Shown here: positions 18,277-28,800 of the stretch, piece after piece | Layout of the letters: every line of letters begins with the position of its first letter | Position numbering within the stretch: position 1 is the stretch's first letter | NCBI GenBank assembly: GCA_020434205.1 | Contig: JAGRBF010000159.1 | Span: 1-43,495 of the forward strand | Direction: 5' to 3' | Length of the DNA: 43,495 nt | Source: Calditrichota bacterium | Lineage (GTDB): Bacteria > Calditrichota > Calditrichia > RBG-13-44-9 > J075 | Notes under the pieces: model-generated | Seen by the model: only the letters and a program-made list of their open reading frames with translations | Database searches by the model: none | Told to the model about the DNA's origin: nothing | Position numbers and translations under genes: made by a program

Positions 18277-21099
18277 TTGTCGCTGTCACCTATTCCCATA
18301 GCCCCGGGAGCCCGGGTTCTGGTCCGCGATGCCGAATGGCTGGTGAGCCGGGTAGACCGCACCCAAAATGGAAATCAGGCCATTACCGCCATCGGTCTCT
18401 CGGAATTGGTGAAGGATAAGGAAGCTATTTTCCTGACCCATATCGACCGCGATATCAAGGTGATGGACCCGGCTAAAACCCGCATTGTCCCCGATGCCTC
18501 TCCCCAATTCCGGGAAGCCAAACTTTATATCGAAAGCCTCCTCAGGCAAACCCCACCGACAGATGAGCGCATTTACCTGGGACACCAGGCGGCCATCGAT
18601 CCGGTGCCTTATCAGCTGGATCCCGCTCACCAGGCTCTTAAACAACCGCGCCAGCGCATCCTGATCGCCGATGCGGTCGGGCTGGGGAAAACCATCGAGT
18701 TGGGCATCCTGCTCAGCGAGTTGATCGCCCGAGGCAAGGCGCGGCGTATTCTGGTGCTGGCGGTGAAAAGCATGCTGACCCAGTTTCAGAAGGAACTGTG
18801 GTGCCGGTTTACCATTCCCCTGACCCGCCTGGACTCGCTGGGCATTAAACGCATCCGCAGCCACATTCCCACCAACCACAATCCGTTTTATTATTTCGAT
18901 AAGACCATTATCTCCATAGACACGCTCAAGCAGGACAGCGAATACCGCACCTACCTGGAGAATTGTTTCTGGGACGTGATCGTCATCGACGAGGCCCACA
19001 ATGTGGCCGAACGCGGGACCCGCTCAATGCGCGCCCGTCTGGCCCGTCTGCTTGCCAGCCAGTCGGATACCCTGATCATGCTTACCGCCACCCCTCACGA
19101 CGGTCGTCCGCGCTCTTTCGCCAGCCTGATGAATATGCTCGATCCGACCGCCATCGCCGATCCCGAGCACTACGGCCCGGAGGATATCCGGGGGCTGTTC
19201 ATCCGGCGCTTCAAGAAGGACATTATTGATCAGGTGGGAGATGCTTTCCGTCAGCGTCATATTGCGGTAAAGAAAGCCCAGGCCAGTCCCGCGGAAGAGG
19301 CGGTATTTGCCTTTCTTGCCGATCTCTCTTTCGCCCGTCTGGATCAGCGCCGCGGACCGGGCCAGTTGTTCAAAACCACCCTGGAAAAGGCCCTTTTCTC
19401 AAGCCCGGCCGCCTGCCGGCAAACGATCGCCAATCGCCTGCGCCGCCTGGAAAAAGAGGAGAGTCCGGAGGCCCTTGCCGATCGGAAGCACTTGCGTGAA
19501 TTGGAGCGGTTGTTGAGCGAAATTGGTATAGGGGATTTCACCAAATATCAGGCTTTGCTGGCCGGGATTCGCGAGAATCTTCAGTGGAACGGCCGGGACA
19601 GCGAGGATCGCCTGGTTATTTTCACTGAACGCATCGAAACCCTCAAATTTTTGGATGAAAATCTGCGCAAGGACCTGGGTCTGAAGGACAAGCAAATTGC
19701 CCAGCTGCGCGGGGATATGTCGGATGTGGATCAACAGGCGGTGGTGGAGCGCTTCGGCAAGGGGGATGATCCCCTTCGTTTGCTGATTGCCAGCGACGTG
19801 GCTTCGGAAGGGATCAATCTGCACTACCAGTGCCATAAGATGATTCACTTCGATATTCCCTGGTCGCTGATGGTCTTTCAGCAGCGCAACGGACGGATCG
19901 ACCGCTACGGCCAGAAACATACCCCCTTCATCGTTTATCTGATTACCGAAAGCGGGCACAATAAAATCCGGGGAGATGTGCGCATTCTGGAACTGCTGAT
20001 TGAGAAGGACGAGCAGGCGGTGCGCAATATCGGAGACCCCTCGGCATTAATGGGAGTCTATAACATTCAGCAGGAAGAGGACATCACCGCCCGGGCTATT
20101 GAAAGCGGGGAGGGCGCCCAGGCTCTGGAAGCGGCCATGAGCAGCCCCCGCACCGCCAATATGATGGAACTGGTGATGAAAGAGGCTCAGGTTGCCCCCT
20201 CGCCGGATTCGCCCACCGGGGAGCGCTTTTCGCTCTTCGCGGATGATTACCATTACCTGAAAACAGCGCTGGGCCATCTGCAGCAAGGGGAAACCCTGCA
20301 GGTCAGCTTTGACGATGCCCGGAACACCGTTAATTTAACCCCGCCGAAGTCGCTGGCCCATCGCCTTAAACGCCTGCCCCGCGAGATGCGCCCCGACCGG
20401 GGTGAGTTTGTGCTGACCGCCGATCGCATGCAGGTTCAGGCGGCCATGGATCGGGCCCGCCGCGAGGAAAGCAGCTGGCCGGATATCCAGCTGTTGTGGT
20501 CGCTACATCCCATGCTGCTGTGGCTGAACGACACGGTGCGGGCCGCTTTCGGCCGCATGGAAGCCCCGCTGCTGCGACTTTCTTCCCTCAAGGAAGACGA
20601 ATGCTTTTTTCTGATTTCCGGGCTGTTGCCCAACCGCAAGAGCCATCCCCTGGTGTACCGCTGGTTTGGGGTGGGATTTGAATCGGGGGAATTCCGGGAA
20701 ATCCTCCCTCTGGAAGCACTGCTGGAAAAAACCGAACTGCACCGCCGGGACTTTGCCAACACCGGGGTTAATGATCCGGTCCCTGCGGAAATGCCCATCC
20801 TGCTGGAGAGAGCCCTGGAAAAAGCCCGGTCCCGGATGGAAGAAGAGCGCGTCCAATACCAAACCCAAATGCGTCCCCGGCTCAAAGACCATCTGCAGCG
20901 CCTGAGCACCCTGGAGCAAAAGCAACTGGAGCAGGCTAAAATCAATTCGGAGACGGGGAAACTCAGCCAGACCGAATACGGACGGACCCAGCGGCAAATC
21001 GCCCGGGTGTTTCAGAACCACCTCACCTGGATTGAAGACACCCTGGAAACCGGGGATACCCCTTACCTGCAGGTGGTGGCGGTGATGCTGGGACGGTAG
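18277..21099 (+). CDS. drmD: SNF2-family helicase (DISARM DrmD-like)
   Basis: TTG start with AAGGAG at 18261-18266. Motif I ADAVGLGKTIE, motif II VIVIDEAHNV (DEAH at 18988-18999), LTATPHDGR, and helicase C motifs ..LLIASDVASEGINLH.. and ..QRNGRIDRYGQ... The symbol is an analogy call, not a verified orthologue. Confidence 0.8.
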   Translation: MSLSPIPIAPGARVLVRDAEWLVSRVDRTQNGNQAITAIGLSELVKDKEAIFLTHIDRDIKVMDPAKTRIVPDASPQFREAKLYIESLLRQTPPTDERIYLGHQAAIDPVPYQLDPAHQALKQPRQRILIADAVGLGKTIELGILLSELIARGKARRILVLAVKSMLTQFQKELWCRFTIPLTRLDSLGIKRIRSHIPTNHNPFYYFDKTIISIDTLKQDSEYRTYLENCFWDVIVIDEAHNVAERGTRSMRARLARLLASQSDTLIMLTATPHDGRPRSFASLMNMLDPTAIADPEHYGPEDIRGLFIRRFKKDIIDQVGDAFRQRHIAVKKAQASPAEEAVFAFLADLSFARLDQRRGPGQLFKTTLEKALFSSPAACRQTIANRLRRLEKEESPEALADRKHLRELERLLSEIGIGDFTKYQALLAGIRENLQWNGRDSEDRLVIFTERIETLKFLDENLRKDLGLKDKQIAQLRGDMSDVDQQAVVERFGKGDDPLRLLIASDVASEGINLHYQCHKMIHFDIPWSLMVFQQRNGRIDRYGQKHTPFIVYLITESGHNKIRGDVRILELLIEKDEQAVRNIGDPSALMGVYNIQQEEDITARAIESGEGAQALEAAMSSPRTANMMELVMKEAQVAPSPDSPTGERFSLFADDYHYLKTALGHLQQGETLQVSFDDARNTVNLTPPKSLAHRLKRLPREMRPDRGEFVLTADRMQVQAAMDRARREESSWPDIQLLWSLHPMLLWLNDTVRAAFGRMEAPLLRLSSLKEDECFFLISGLLPNRKSHPLVYRWFGVGFESGEFREILPLEALLEKTELHRRDFANTGVNDPVPAEMPILLERALEKARSRMEEERVQYQTQMRPRLKDHLQRLSTLEQKQLEQAKINSETGKLSQTEYGRTQRQIARVFQNHLTWIEDTLETGDTPYLQVVAVMLGR

Positions 21100-21117
21100 G
21101 CAGGGCCACATTTTGAT

Positions 21118-21152
21118 CCCCTAACCCCCTTAAGAAGGGGGAATTAAAGGGG
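21118..21152 (+). promoter_or_regulatory. GC hairpin in the SNF2-methyltransferase intercistronic gap
   Basis: CCCCCTT-aag-AAGGGGG (21125-21141) is a perfect 7-bp stem. It is nested in an outer CCCCT/AGGGG pair (21118-21122 / 21148-21152). No downstream T-run, so it is not a classical terminator. Confidence 0.3.
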
Positions 21153-21183
21153 GTCAAAACCAGAGCAGAAACAAGGAAGGCTA

Positions 21184-24100
21184 ATGGCCATCGATCTGAG
21201 CGGTATTAACAACGAAAATGAATTTTACGCCCATCATTATCTCAGCACCTTGCTGGAGAATGACCTGAAGGGGGTAATGGCGCTCTGGAAGGAGCGCGAG
21301 GAGCAGGAGGCGGATTACATCCCGCCGGACCGGGCCTTGGGTAATCTCTATCGTCCTTATTTCCAAGCCCGTAGCCGCCTGCAAGGCCTGCGAAACCCCC
21401 TCGTTCAGCGGGAACAACAGGGAGAAATCCTGCAAACCCTGCTGGAGCTGCTGGGATTTCCCTGGCAACCTCGCGAAATCCGCCTGGAGGATGGCCTGCT
21501 CTGTCCGGTGCTGGCCACCCTGAACGACCCGGCCGGGGCCCCGCAGCTATGGGTCCTGGAAATGCCCTTTCCCGGAGAGGAAGATCAATCGCTTTTTGAG
21601 CTGGCTCTGAATGAGGGAGACACGGGGGAAGCCCCTGTGGATGGGATGCCGGGAACGGTGCTGGATTTAATCAACAGGCATATTTTTGCCCAGGAAGAAC
21701 CGCCCCGCTGGCTAATTCTGGCCGGCTTTTATCAGGTGATCCTGGTCGACCGCAGTAAATGGGCCCAGAAGCGCCACTTGCGCTTCGACCTGGCGGAAAT
21801 TCTGGGCCGCCGCGAGGCCTCCACCCTGCGGGCCACCGCCGCCCTGCTGCACCGGGACAGCATCTGCCCGGAAAGCGGGCCCAATTTGCTGGACACCCTG
21901 GACGAAAAAGCCCATAAGCACGCCTTCGCGGTTTCCGAGGACCTCAAATACGCCGCCCGGGAGGCGGTGGAGCTGTTGGGCAACGAGGTGATTTACTACC
22001 TGCGCGAGGTGCGCAAGGAGCGCATCTTCGAACGCCCCGAGCTGGCCGCCCAACTGAGCAGCGAATGCCTGCGCTACCTCTATCGCCTGCTTTTCCTTTT
22101 TTACCTGGAAGCGCGTCCCGAGCTGGGCTTTGCTCCCCTGAAAAGCGATGCCTATCGCAGCGGCTACAGCCTGGAGGCCCTGCGGGAATTGGAAATGCGT
22201 CCCCTCAACAACGAGCGGGAGCGCAACGGCTATTATCTGCACCACTCTCTGCAAACCCTCTTCGATCTGGTTTATCAGGGGGTCAATTTCGAAGTGAAGG
22301 AGGGAAAGCTGGACTTCGAGGATAATCCGCTCTCCCACGAGTTTCGCATGGCGCCCCTCAAATGCCACCTCTTCGACCCGGAGCTTACCCCGCTGCTGAA
22401 GGGGGTGAAATTCCGCAACCGGGTCCTGCAGCGGGTGGTGGAATTGCTTTCCCTCTCCCGCCCGGCCCGGTCCGGCAAACGCCGGGAACGCCGGGGGCGG
22501 ATCAGCTATGCCCAGCTGGGGATCAACCAGTTGGGGGCGGTTTACGAAGGGCTGCTCTCCTACGCCGGTTTTTTCGCCCAGGAGGACCTCTACGAGGTTA
22601 AGAAAGCCGGCACCGACCCCACCGAGTTGGAAGCAGCTTATTTTGTGCCGGGGGCGGATCTGCCCCTTTACAAGGAAGACGAAAAAATTTACAACCAGGA
22701 CGGCAGCCTGCGCAAACACCCCCGCGGCAGCTTTATCTACCGCCTTTCGGGACGCCAACGCCAGAAGTCCGCTTCCTACTACACCCCGGAGGTGCTCACC
22801 CAATGCCTGGTGAAATACGCCCTGAAGACCTTGTTAAAGGAGGAGATGAGCGCCGAGGAGATTCTCCGCTTAACGGTTTGCGAGCCGGCCATGGGCAGCG
22901 GGGCCTTCCTGAACGAGGCGGTTAACCAGCTGGCGGAGGCCTATTTGCAGCGCCGCCAGAAGGAACTGGGGGAAACCCTGGGGCCGGAGCAGTACCTGCG
23001 GGAACGCCAGAAGGTTAAGATGTATCTGGCGGATAACAACGTTTTCGGGGTGGACCTCAACCCCACCGCCATCGAGCTGGCCGAGGTGAGTTTGTGGCTA
23101 AACAGCATTTACGCCGGCAGTGAGGAGCAGGCCGCCTTTGTGCCCTGGTTCGGGATGCAGCTCAATTCCGGCAATTCCCTGATCGGAGCCCGACGGGAGG
23201 TTTTTGAGGGGCACCAGCTGGGCCGGGAGCGCCAATGGCTGAGCGCGGTGCCGCAAGCGGTTTCCCGGCAGGATTCTCCCTCGCCGACCTCGGTTTACCA
23301 CTTTCTGCTGCCGGACGAGGGCATGGCCTTTTATAACAACAATGTCATTAAAGCCATGGCCGGGGAGGCCCTCAAAAGGATGGCCGCCTGGCGCAAGGAC
23401 TTTTGTGCCCCCTTTTCGCCGGGGCAATTGAGCACCCTGCAGAGTCTTTCCCGGGTGGCTGATGAACTGTGGGCCGAGCAGGCCATCCAGCAGCAGCGCA
23501 TCCGGGAGCGCACCACCGATCCTATCGCCATTTACGGGCGACCCGCCAAAGCCGGGCGACGCCCCAGCACCACCCGGGAAAAGGACAAGATCTTCGACCA
23601 GGAAATGCACAGCAAGGGAGTGCGCAACGCCAGCCCTTACCGGCGCCTCAAGCTGGTAATGGACTACTGGTGCGCCCTGTGGTTCTGGCCCCTTGAAAAA
23701 GCGGATCTGTTGCCCAGCCGGGATGAATTCCTGCTGGAGGTAAAGCTTATCCTGGAAGGGCAAAAGGCGATGAGCGGGGTGGTTGGGGAACAAACCACCC
23801 TTTTCCCCACCACCCAACCCCAGCAGCTGGCCCTGCAGTTGCTGGACAAACACGGCTTTGTGGACCTTGCGGCGTTGCAGGACTACCCCCGCCTGCGCCT
23901 GGTGCGGGAGCTGGCCACCCGCTACCGCTTTTTCCACTGGGAGCTGGAATACGCCGACCTTTTTGCCGAACGGGGTGGGTTCGACCTGGTATTGGGGAAT
24001 CCCCCCTGGGTGAAGTTGGAATGGAGCGAAGGGGGCATTTTGGGGGACTTCGAACCCCTCTACGACATCCGCAAATTCAGCGCCTCCCGCTTAAACAAAC

Positions 24101-25881
24101 TGCGCGAGGAAACCCTGGAAAAGCACCAATTGCATGGGGCTTACCTTGGGGAATTCGAAGAAGCGGAGGGGGCCCAGAACTTTTTAAACGCCCGCCAGAA
24201 CTACCCCGCCCTGCAGGGCATGCAGTCCAACCTGTACAAATGTTTCCTGCCCCGGGCCTGGGGGATGGTTAACCAGCAGGGTGTTTCCGGCTTTGTGCAT
24301 CCGGAAGGGGTGTACGACGATCCCAAAGGGGGGGCTTTTCGGGAGCAGCTGTACCCGCGCCTCAGGTACCATTTTCAGTTTCAAAACGAGTTCGGCCTTT
24401 TTGAAGGGACTAATGATCATGGAAGGCTCAAATTTAGCTTAAACGTTTATGGAGCGGTTAAATCGGAAGGTGATTTTACAAATATTTCCTGGCTCTTTCA
24501 TCCTAAAACCATTGATGAGTGTTTTCAGAAACAAGTTTCTTATAAGGTTGAAGGGATTAAGAATTCTGATAATCAATGGAATATTGTTGGTCATCCGGAC
24601 CGCTTGGTACCTGTTAATAGTAACACCCTCGCTCTCTTCGCCAAACTCTACGACCCGCCCGGCACCCCGGCCGTGCAGGCCCGCTTGCCGGTGGTGCATT
24701 CCCGGCAGGTGCTGGCGGTGCTGGAGAAATTTGCCGCTCAGGAACGGCGCCTGGGGGATCTGGTTGGAGAATACACGGCCACGGTTATGTGGGATGAAAC
24801 CAATGCCCAAAAGGCGGGGATTATCCGGCGGGAGACCCGCTTTCCTGAACATCCCGGTGAGTGGATTGTCTCCGGCCCTCATTTTTACGTGGGCAATCCC
24901 TTCAACAAAACTCCCCGGGAGGCGTGCACCCAGAATTCCCATTACGATGTCCTCGATCTCACCGAGCTCCCTCCGGACTACCTGCCCCGCACCAACTATG
25001 TGCCGGCGGCTCCCCCGGCCGTTTACCAGCAGCGCACCCCCAAAGTGCCCTGGGGGGACAACAGGGGGGTGACGGAGTATTATAGATTGGCTTTTAGAAA
25101 AATGTTGAGTCAATCAGGCGAGAGGACAATGATCCCAGCTATTTTGCCCCGATATTGTGGTCACGTTGATGGTACCTTTAGCTTGGTTTTTAAAGACAAC
25201 TCAATGCTCATCTCCGCATTTTCTCTTTTTAGTTCATTATCCTTTGACTTTTTTTTGAAAACGACTGGCAAAGCCAATTTTAGAAATGAACTAGCAGTTT
25301 TACTACCAATTGTAGAAAGTGAATATGCCAAACAAATGACTTTGCGGTCGTTATTGCTTCATTGTTTGTCGCAAAGCTATACCGAACTTTGGAAAGGAAT
25401 ATGGGAACAAAATCTAACAAAAGATTTCTGGACCAAACCCGACCCGCGCCTGGACAACGCCCACTTCGCCAATCTCACCCCGGAATGGACCCCGGCAATC
25501 CCCCTGCGCAGCGACTACGCCCGCCGCCAGGCCCTGGTGGAAATCGACGTGCTGGCCGCCAAAGCCCTGGGACTTACCCTGGAGGAGCTGTGCGCCATCT
25601 ACCGCATTCAATTCCCGGTGCTGCGCCAGAACGAAAACGATACCTGGTACGACCGCAAGGGGCGCATTGTCTTTACCTGCTCCAAAGGGCTGCCCGGGGT
25701 GGGCTTCAGCCGTCCGGAATGGAATGACATTAAGGACCTGCAAAGCGGGACTGTGGAGCGCACTGTAAGCGATCACACCCGCCCCGGACCGCCCCGGGAA
25801 TGCACCATCGTCTACCAGGCCCCCTTCGATCGCTGCGACCGGGAAGCCGACTATGCCACCGCCTGGGAGGCCTTTTCATGA
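21184..25881 (+). CDS. drmMI: Large (1565 aa) gamma-class N6-adenine DNA methyltransferase, Eco57I/PglX/DrmMI-like
   Basis: SAM motif I CEPAMGSGAFLNEA (about 22881-22910). Catalytic motif IV VLGNPPWVK (NPPW about 23998-24009). No nuclease motif seen. The stop overlaps the next start (ATGA at 25878-25881). Symbol by analogy. Confidence 0.85.
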   Translation: MAIDLSGINNENEFYAHHYLSTLLENDLKGVMALWKEREEQEADYIPPDRALGNLYRPYFQARSRLQGLRNPLVQREQQGEILQTLLELLGFPWQPREIRLEDGLLCPVLATLNDPAGAPQLWVLEMPFPGEEDQSLFELALNEGDTGEAPVDGMPGTVLDLINRHIFAQEEPPRWLILAGFYQVILVDRSKWAQKRHLRFDLAEILGRREASTLRATAALLHRDSICPESGPNLLDTLDEKAHKHAFAVSEDLKYAAREAVELLGNEVIYYLREVRKERIFERPELAAQLSSECLRYLYRLLFLFYLEARPELGFAPLKSDAYRSGYSLEALRELEMRPLNNERERNGYYLHHSLQTLFDLVYQGVNFEVKEGKLDFEDNPLSHEFRMAPLKCHLFDPELTPLLKGVKFRNRVLQRVVELLSLSRPARSGKRRERRGRISYAQLGINQLGAVYEGLLSYAGFFAQEDLYEVKKAGTDPTELEAAYFVPGADLPLYKEDEKIYNQDGSLRKHPRGSFIYRLSGRQRQKSASYYTPEVLTQCLVKYALKTLLKEEMSAEEILRLTVCEPAMGSGAFLNEAVNQLAEAYLQRRQKELGETLGPEQYLRERQKVKMYLADNNVFGVDLNPTAIELAEVSLWLNSIYAGSEEQAAFVPWFGMQLNSGNSLIGARREVFEGHQLGRERQWLSAVPQAVSRQDSPSPTSVYHFLLPDEGMAFYNNNVIKAMAGEALKRMAAWRKDFCAPFSPGQLSTLQSLSRVADELWAEQAIQQQRIRERTTDPIAIYGRPAKAGRRPSTTREKDKIFDQEMHSKGVRNASPYRRLKLVMDYWCALWFWPLEKADLLPSRDEFLLEVKLILEGQKAMSGVVGEQTTLFPTTQPQQLALQLLDKHGFVDLAALQDYPRLRLVRELATRYRFFHWELEYADLFAERGGFDLVLGNPPWVKLEWSEGGILGDFEPLYDIRKFSASRLNKLREETLEKHQLHGAYLGEFEEAEGAQNFLNARQNYPALQGMQSNLYKCFLPRAWGMVNQQGVSGFVHPEGVYDDPKGGAFREQLYPRLRYHFQFQNEFGLFEGTNDHGRLKFSLNVYGAVKSEGDFTNISWLFHPKTIDECFQKQVSYKVEGIKNSDNQWNIVGHPDRLVPVNSNTLALFAKLYDPPGTPAVQARLPVVHSRQVLAVLEKFAAQERRLGDLVGEYTATVMWDETNAQKAGIIRRETRFPEHPGEWIVSGPHFYVGNPFNKTPREACTQNSHYDVLDLTELPPDYLPRTNYVPAAPPAVYQQRTPKVPWGDNRGVTEYYRLAFRKMLSQSGERTMIPAILPRYCGHVDGTFSLVFKDNSMLISAFSLFSSLSFDFFLKTTGKANFRNELAVLLPIVESEYAKQMTLRSLLLHCLSQSYTELWKGIWEQNLTKDFWTKPDPRLDNAHFANLTPEWTPAIPLRSDYARRQALVEIDVLAAKALGLTLEELCAIYRIQFPVLRQNENDTWYDRKGRIVFTCSKGLPGVGFSRPEWNDIKDLQSGTVERTVSDHTRPGPPRECTIVYQAPFDRCDREADYATAWEAFS

Positions 25882-28800
25882 TCCCCGCCATTCTCAGCCG
25901 TCAGGTGCGCCAGGGCATCCGGGATTTCCTGCTCACCACCTTCCCGGTTTCTACCCCGCTTTTCCGGGAAACCCTGCCACAACTGCTGGAGGATGAGGAG
26001 GCCCTCTTTAAGGGACCCTATCTTTCCCTCAAACGCCCCTTCCGGGCCGCGGCGGATGCCGGCCAGCCCTTCACCGGGTTTGAGCCCGGTTTTACCGCCC
26101 ACCGCCACCAGGCCCGGGCCTTTGCCCGCCTGAATGGCGAGGCTCCCCGCTCCACCCTCATCGCCACAGGGACCGGCTCCGGGAAAACGGAGAGCTTTCT
26201 TTTCCCGGTTCTGGAGCATTGTTACCGAAATCGCGAAAAAGGGGGCATTAAGGCCATCCTCATTTATCCCATGAACGCCCTGGCCAACGACCAGGCCCGC
26301 CGCCTGGCGCGTTTTGTGCACCGGGAACCCCGGCTGCGCGGAAGCCTGCGGGCCGGCCTTTACATCGGCGGCAAGGGGGAGCGCAGCAACAAGGAAATGA
26401 CCGCGGAGAATGTGATCACCGATCGTTTTCGTCTGCGCGACCAGCCCCCGGATATTTTGCTCACCAACTACAAGATGTTGGACTACCTGCTGGTGCGTCC
26501 CGGAGACCAGGCCCTGTGGCGGCACAATGCTCCGGAAACCCTGCAATATCTGGTGGTAGACGAATTGCACACCTTCGACGGGGCCCAGGGTACCGATCTG
26601 GCCTGCCTGCTTCGTCGACTCAAGCAGCGCCTTAAAACCCCCGCCGGACATCTGTGTTGCGTGGGCACCTCCGCCACCCTCGGTGGGGAAAAAGAGGCCT
26701 CGCGGCTGCTGGATTACGCCCGGGATATTTTTGGGGAGCCTTTCGATGGGCAGGCGATTATCAATGAGGATTTGCTGAGTAGCGCCGAATTCCTGGCCGG
26801 CAGCCCCATTCGCTACCGGGAGATACCCGATGCCGCCGGGGGACTTTTGCCCGGGGAGGCCCATACCCCCTACGCTTATCTGGCCGATCAGTACCGGCTG
26901 TGGTTTGGAGAAGAGGCCCCCGCAGCCCCGGAGGAACTGGCAACGGCATTGCCGCAAAAACTGCGCGAGCACCAGTTCCTGCGCTACCTGCTCAACATTC
27001 TGGAGAAGGGACCCCGTCCGGTGGGCGAAATCGGGGCGGAGCTATCCCTGCTGGTGCCGGAATTTGGGGCGGCATCCCCGCAGGAGCGGGCCAAGCTGCT
27101 GGACAGCTTTGTGGCGCTCATCTCCGCCGCCCGGATAAACAATGGGCAAGGCCAGCTTCCCTTCCTGGAGGTCCGCTACCAACTGTGGCTGCGGGAGCTG
27201 CGGCGTATGGTGGTTTCGGTTGCCCAAAGGCCGCAAATGGCCTTCTCAGACGATCTGGATCAGGACGCCCTGGCGGGTCACCTCCCGGTGGTGCACTGCC
27301 GGGAATGCGGGGCCATGGGTTGGGGAGCTCTGAAACGCCAGCAGGACACCCGCTTTTCCCCGGACCTGCAGCGCTTCTACCAATCTTTTTTTGCGGGCGG
27401 ACCCACCCTGCACTTTGTCTTTCCGGTTCAGCATAGCGAAGGGCGGGGGCAGGGCATTTGCGGTCACTGCCTGCACCATTACCAGGGGAGCCCCCAAAAC
27501 TGTCCCGCCTGCGGCAAAGCCGACCGGCTCATAGCCGCGGAGGTCTTTAACGAACGCCGCACCCGCAATAACCGCGTTTATGTGGATAAACACTGTCCTT
27601 ATTGCCAGGCGCACGACGGGCTTACCATTCTGGGCTCCCGGGCCGCCAGTCTGATCAGCGTGGCCATCAGTCAACTGTTTGCCTCGCCCTTCAACGACGA
27701 CAAAAAACTCCTCACCTTTTCCGATTCGGTTCAGGATGCCGCCCACCGGGCCGGTTTCTTTGGGGCCCGCACCTTTCGCTTCAACTTTCGCGCCGCCCTC
27801 CAGCAATGTTTGCAGGATCAGGAACAGCCGCCTTCCCTGGCCGCCATGCCCGGGGTTTTCGAGCAGTATTGGTCCCGGCGCCTGGATGGAAATGCCTATC
27901 TCAGCACCTTTTTTCCGCCGGATCTGCACTACCGCGAGGATTACGGATACCTGCGGCAACACGGAAAGCTGCCCAGGGGATCGGAACTACCGGAGCTGCT
28001 GCGGCAGCGCCTTTCCTGGGAAGTTAATTCCGAATACGGCTACCGGGCCCGGGTGGGGCGCACCCTGGAGAAGAGCGGGGCTTCGATAGCCCTGCCCGAT
28101 CCGCAGCGCCTGCAAAAAGCGCTTGAGAACCTGCTGCCCATGTTGCGCGAAGAAATTGGGGGCCTGCGGGAGCTGGACCAGACCGCCCTGGCGCGCCTCA
28201 TCGGTGGATTTATTGCCCAGTTGCGCGTAAAAGGAGGTGTTTTTCATCCCGGCCTGGAAAGCTATATCCGGGAGGGCGCCAATACCTTTATGCTGCGGCG
28301 TGTTCCTTACATGCCGCCGTTTGCGCCAGGGGGGCGCACCCCGGTTTTCCTGAGCCAGATCCCCTTTGGTTACGAACGCTTCGACGTGCTGTTGCGCGCC
28401 GGCAGCGTTACCTGGCACAGCCAGTGGGCGGTCAAAAATTTACTGCCCTTCGGCCAGCAGTTCGATCCGTTTATGGGGGATATCTACCGGTTATTGCTCC
28501 GGGAATTGGTTGCCCGGGAAATATTGCAGGAAGAGACGGTGCATGGGGTATCCGTCTGGGGACTGCGCGGGGAGGCCCTCCAACTGACCACTGCGGTGCG
28601 GCAACTGCGCTGCGACACCTGTGGGCACGACATGTCCGCCGCCACCGGGGAAGACCATTGGGTAGGAATGCCCTGTCTGCGTTTTAACTGCAGGGGGCAT
28701 TATCAGGCGGAGCCTTCCGGCGAGGACTACTATCGCCGCCTTTACAGCACCGGGGATATTCAGCGTATCTTTGCCGAGGAGCACACCGGGCTGCTGGGCC

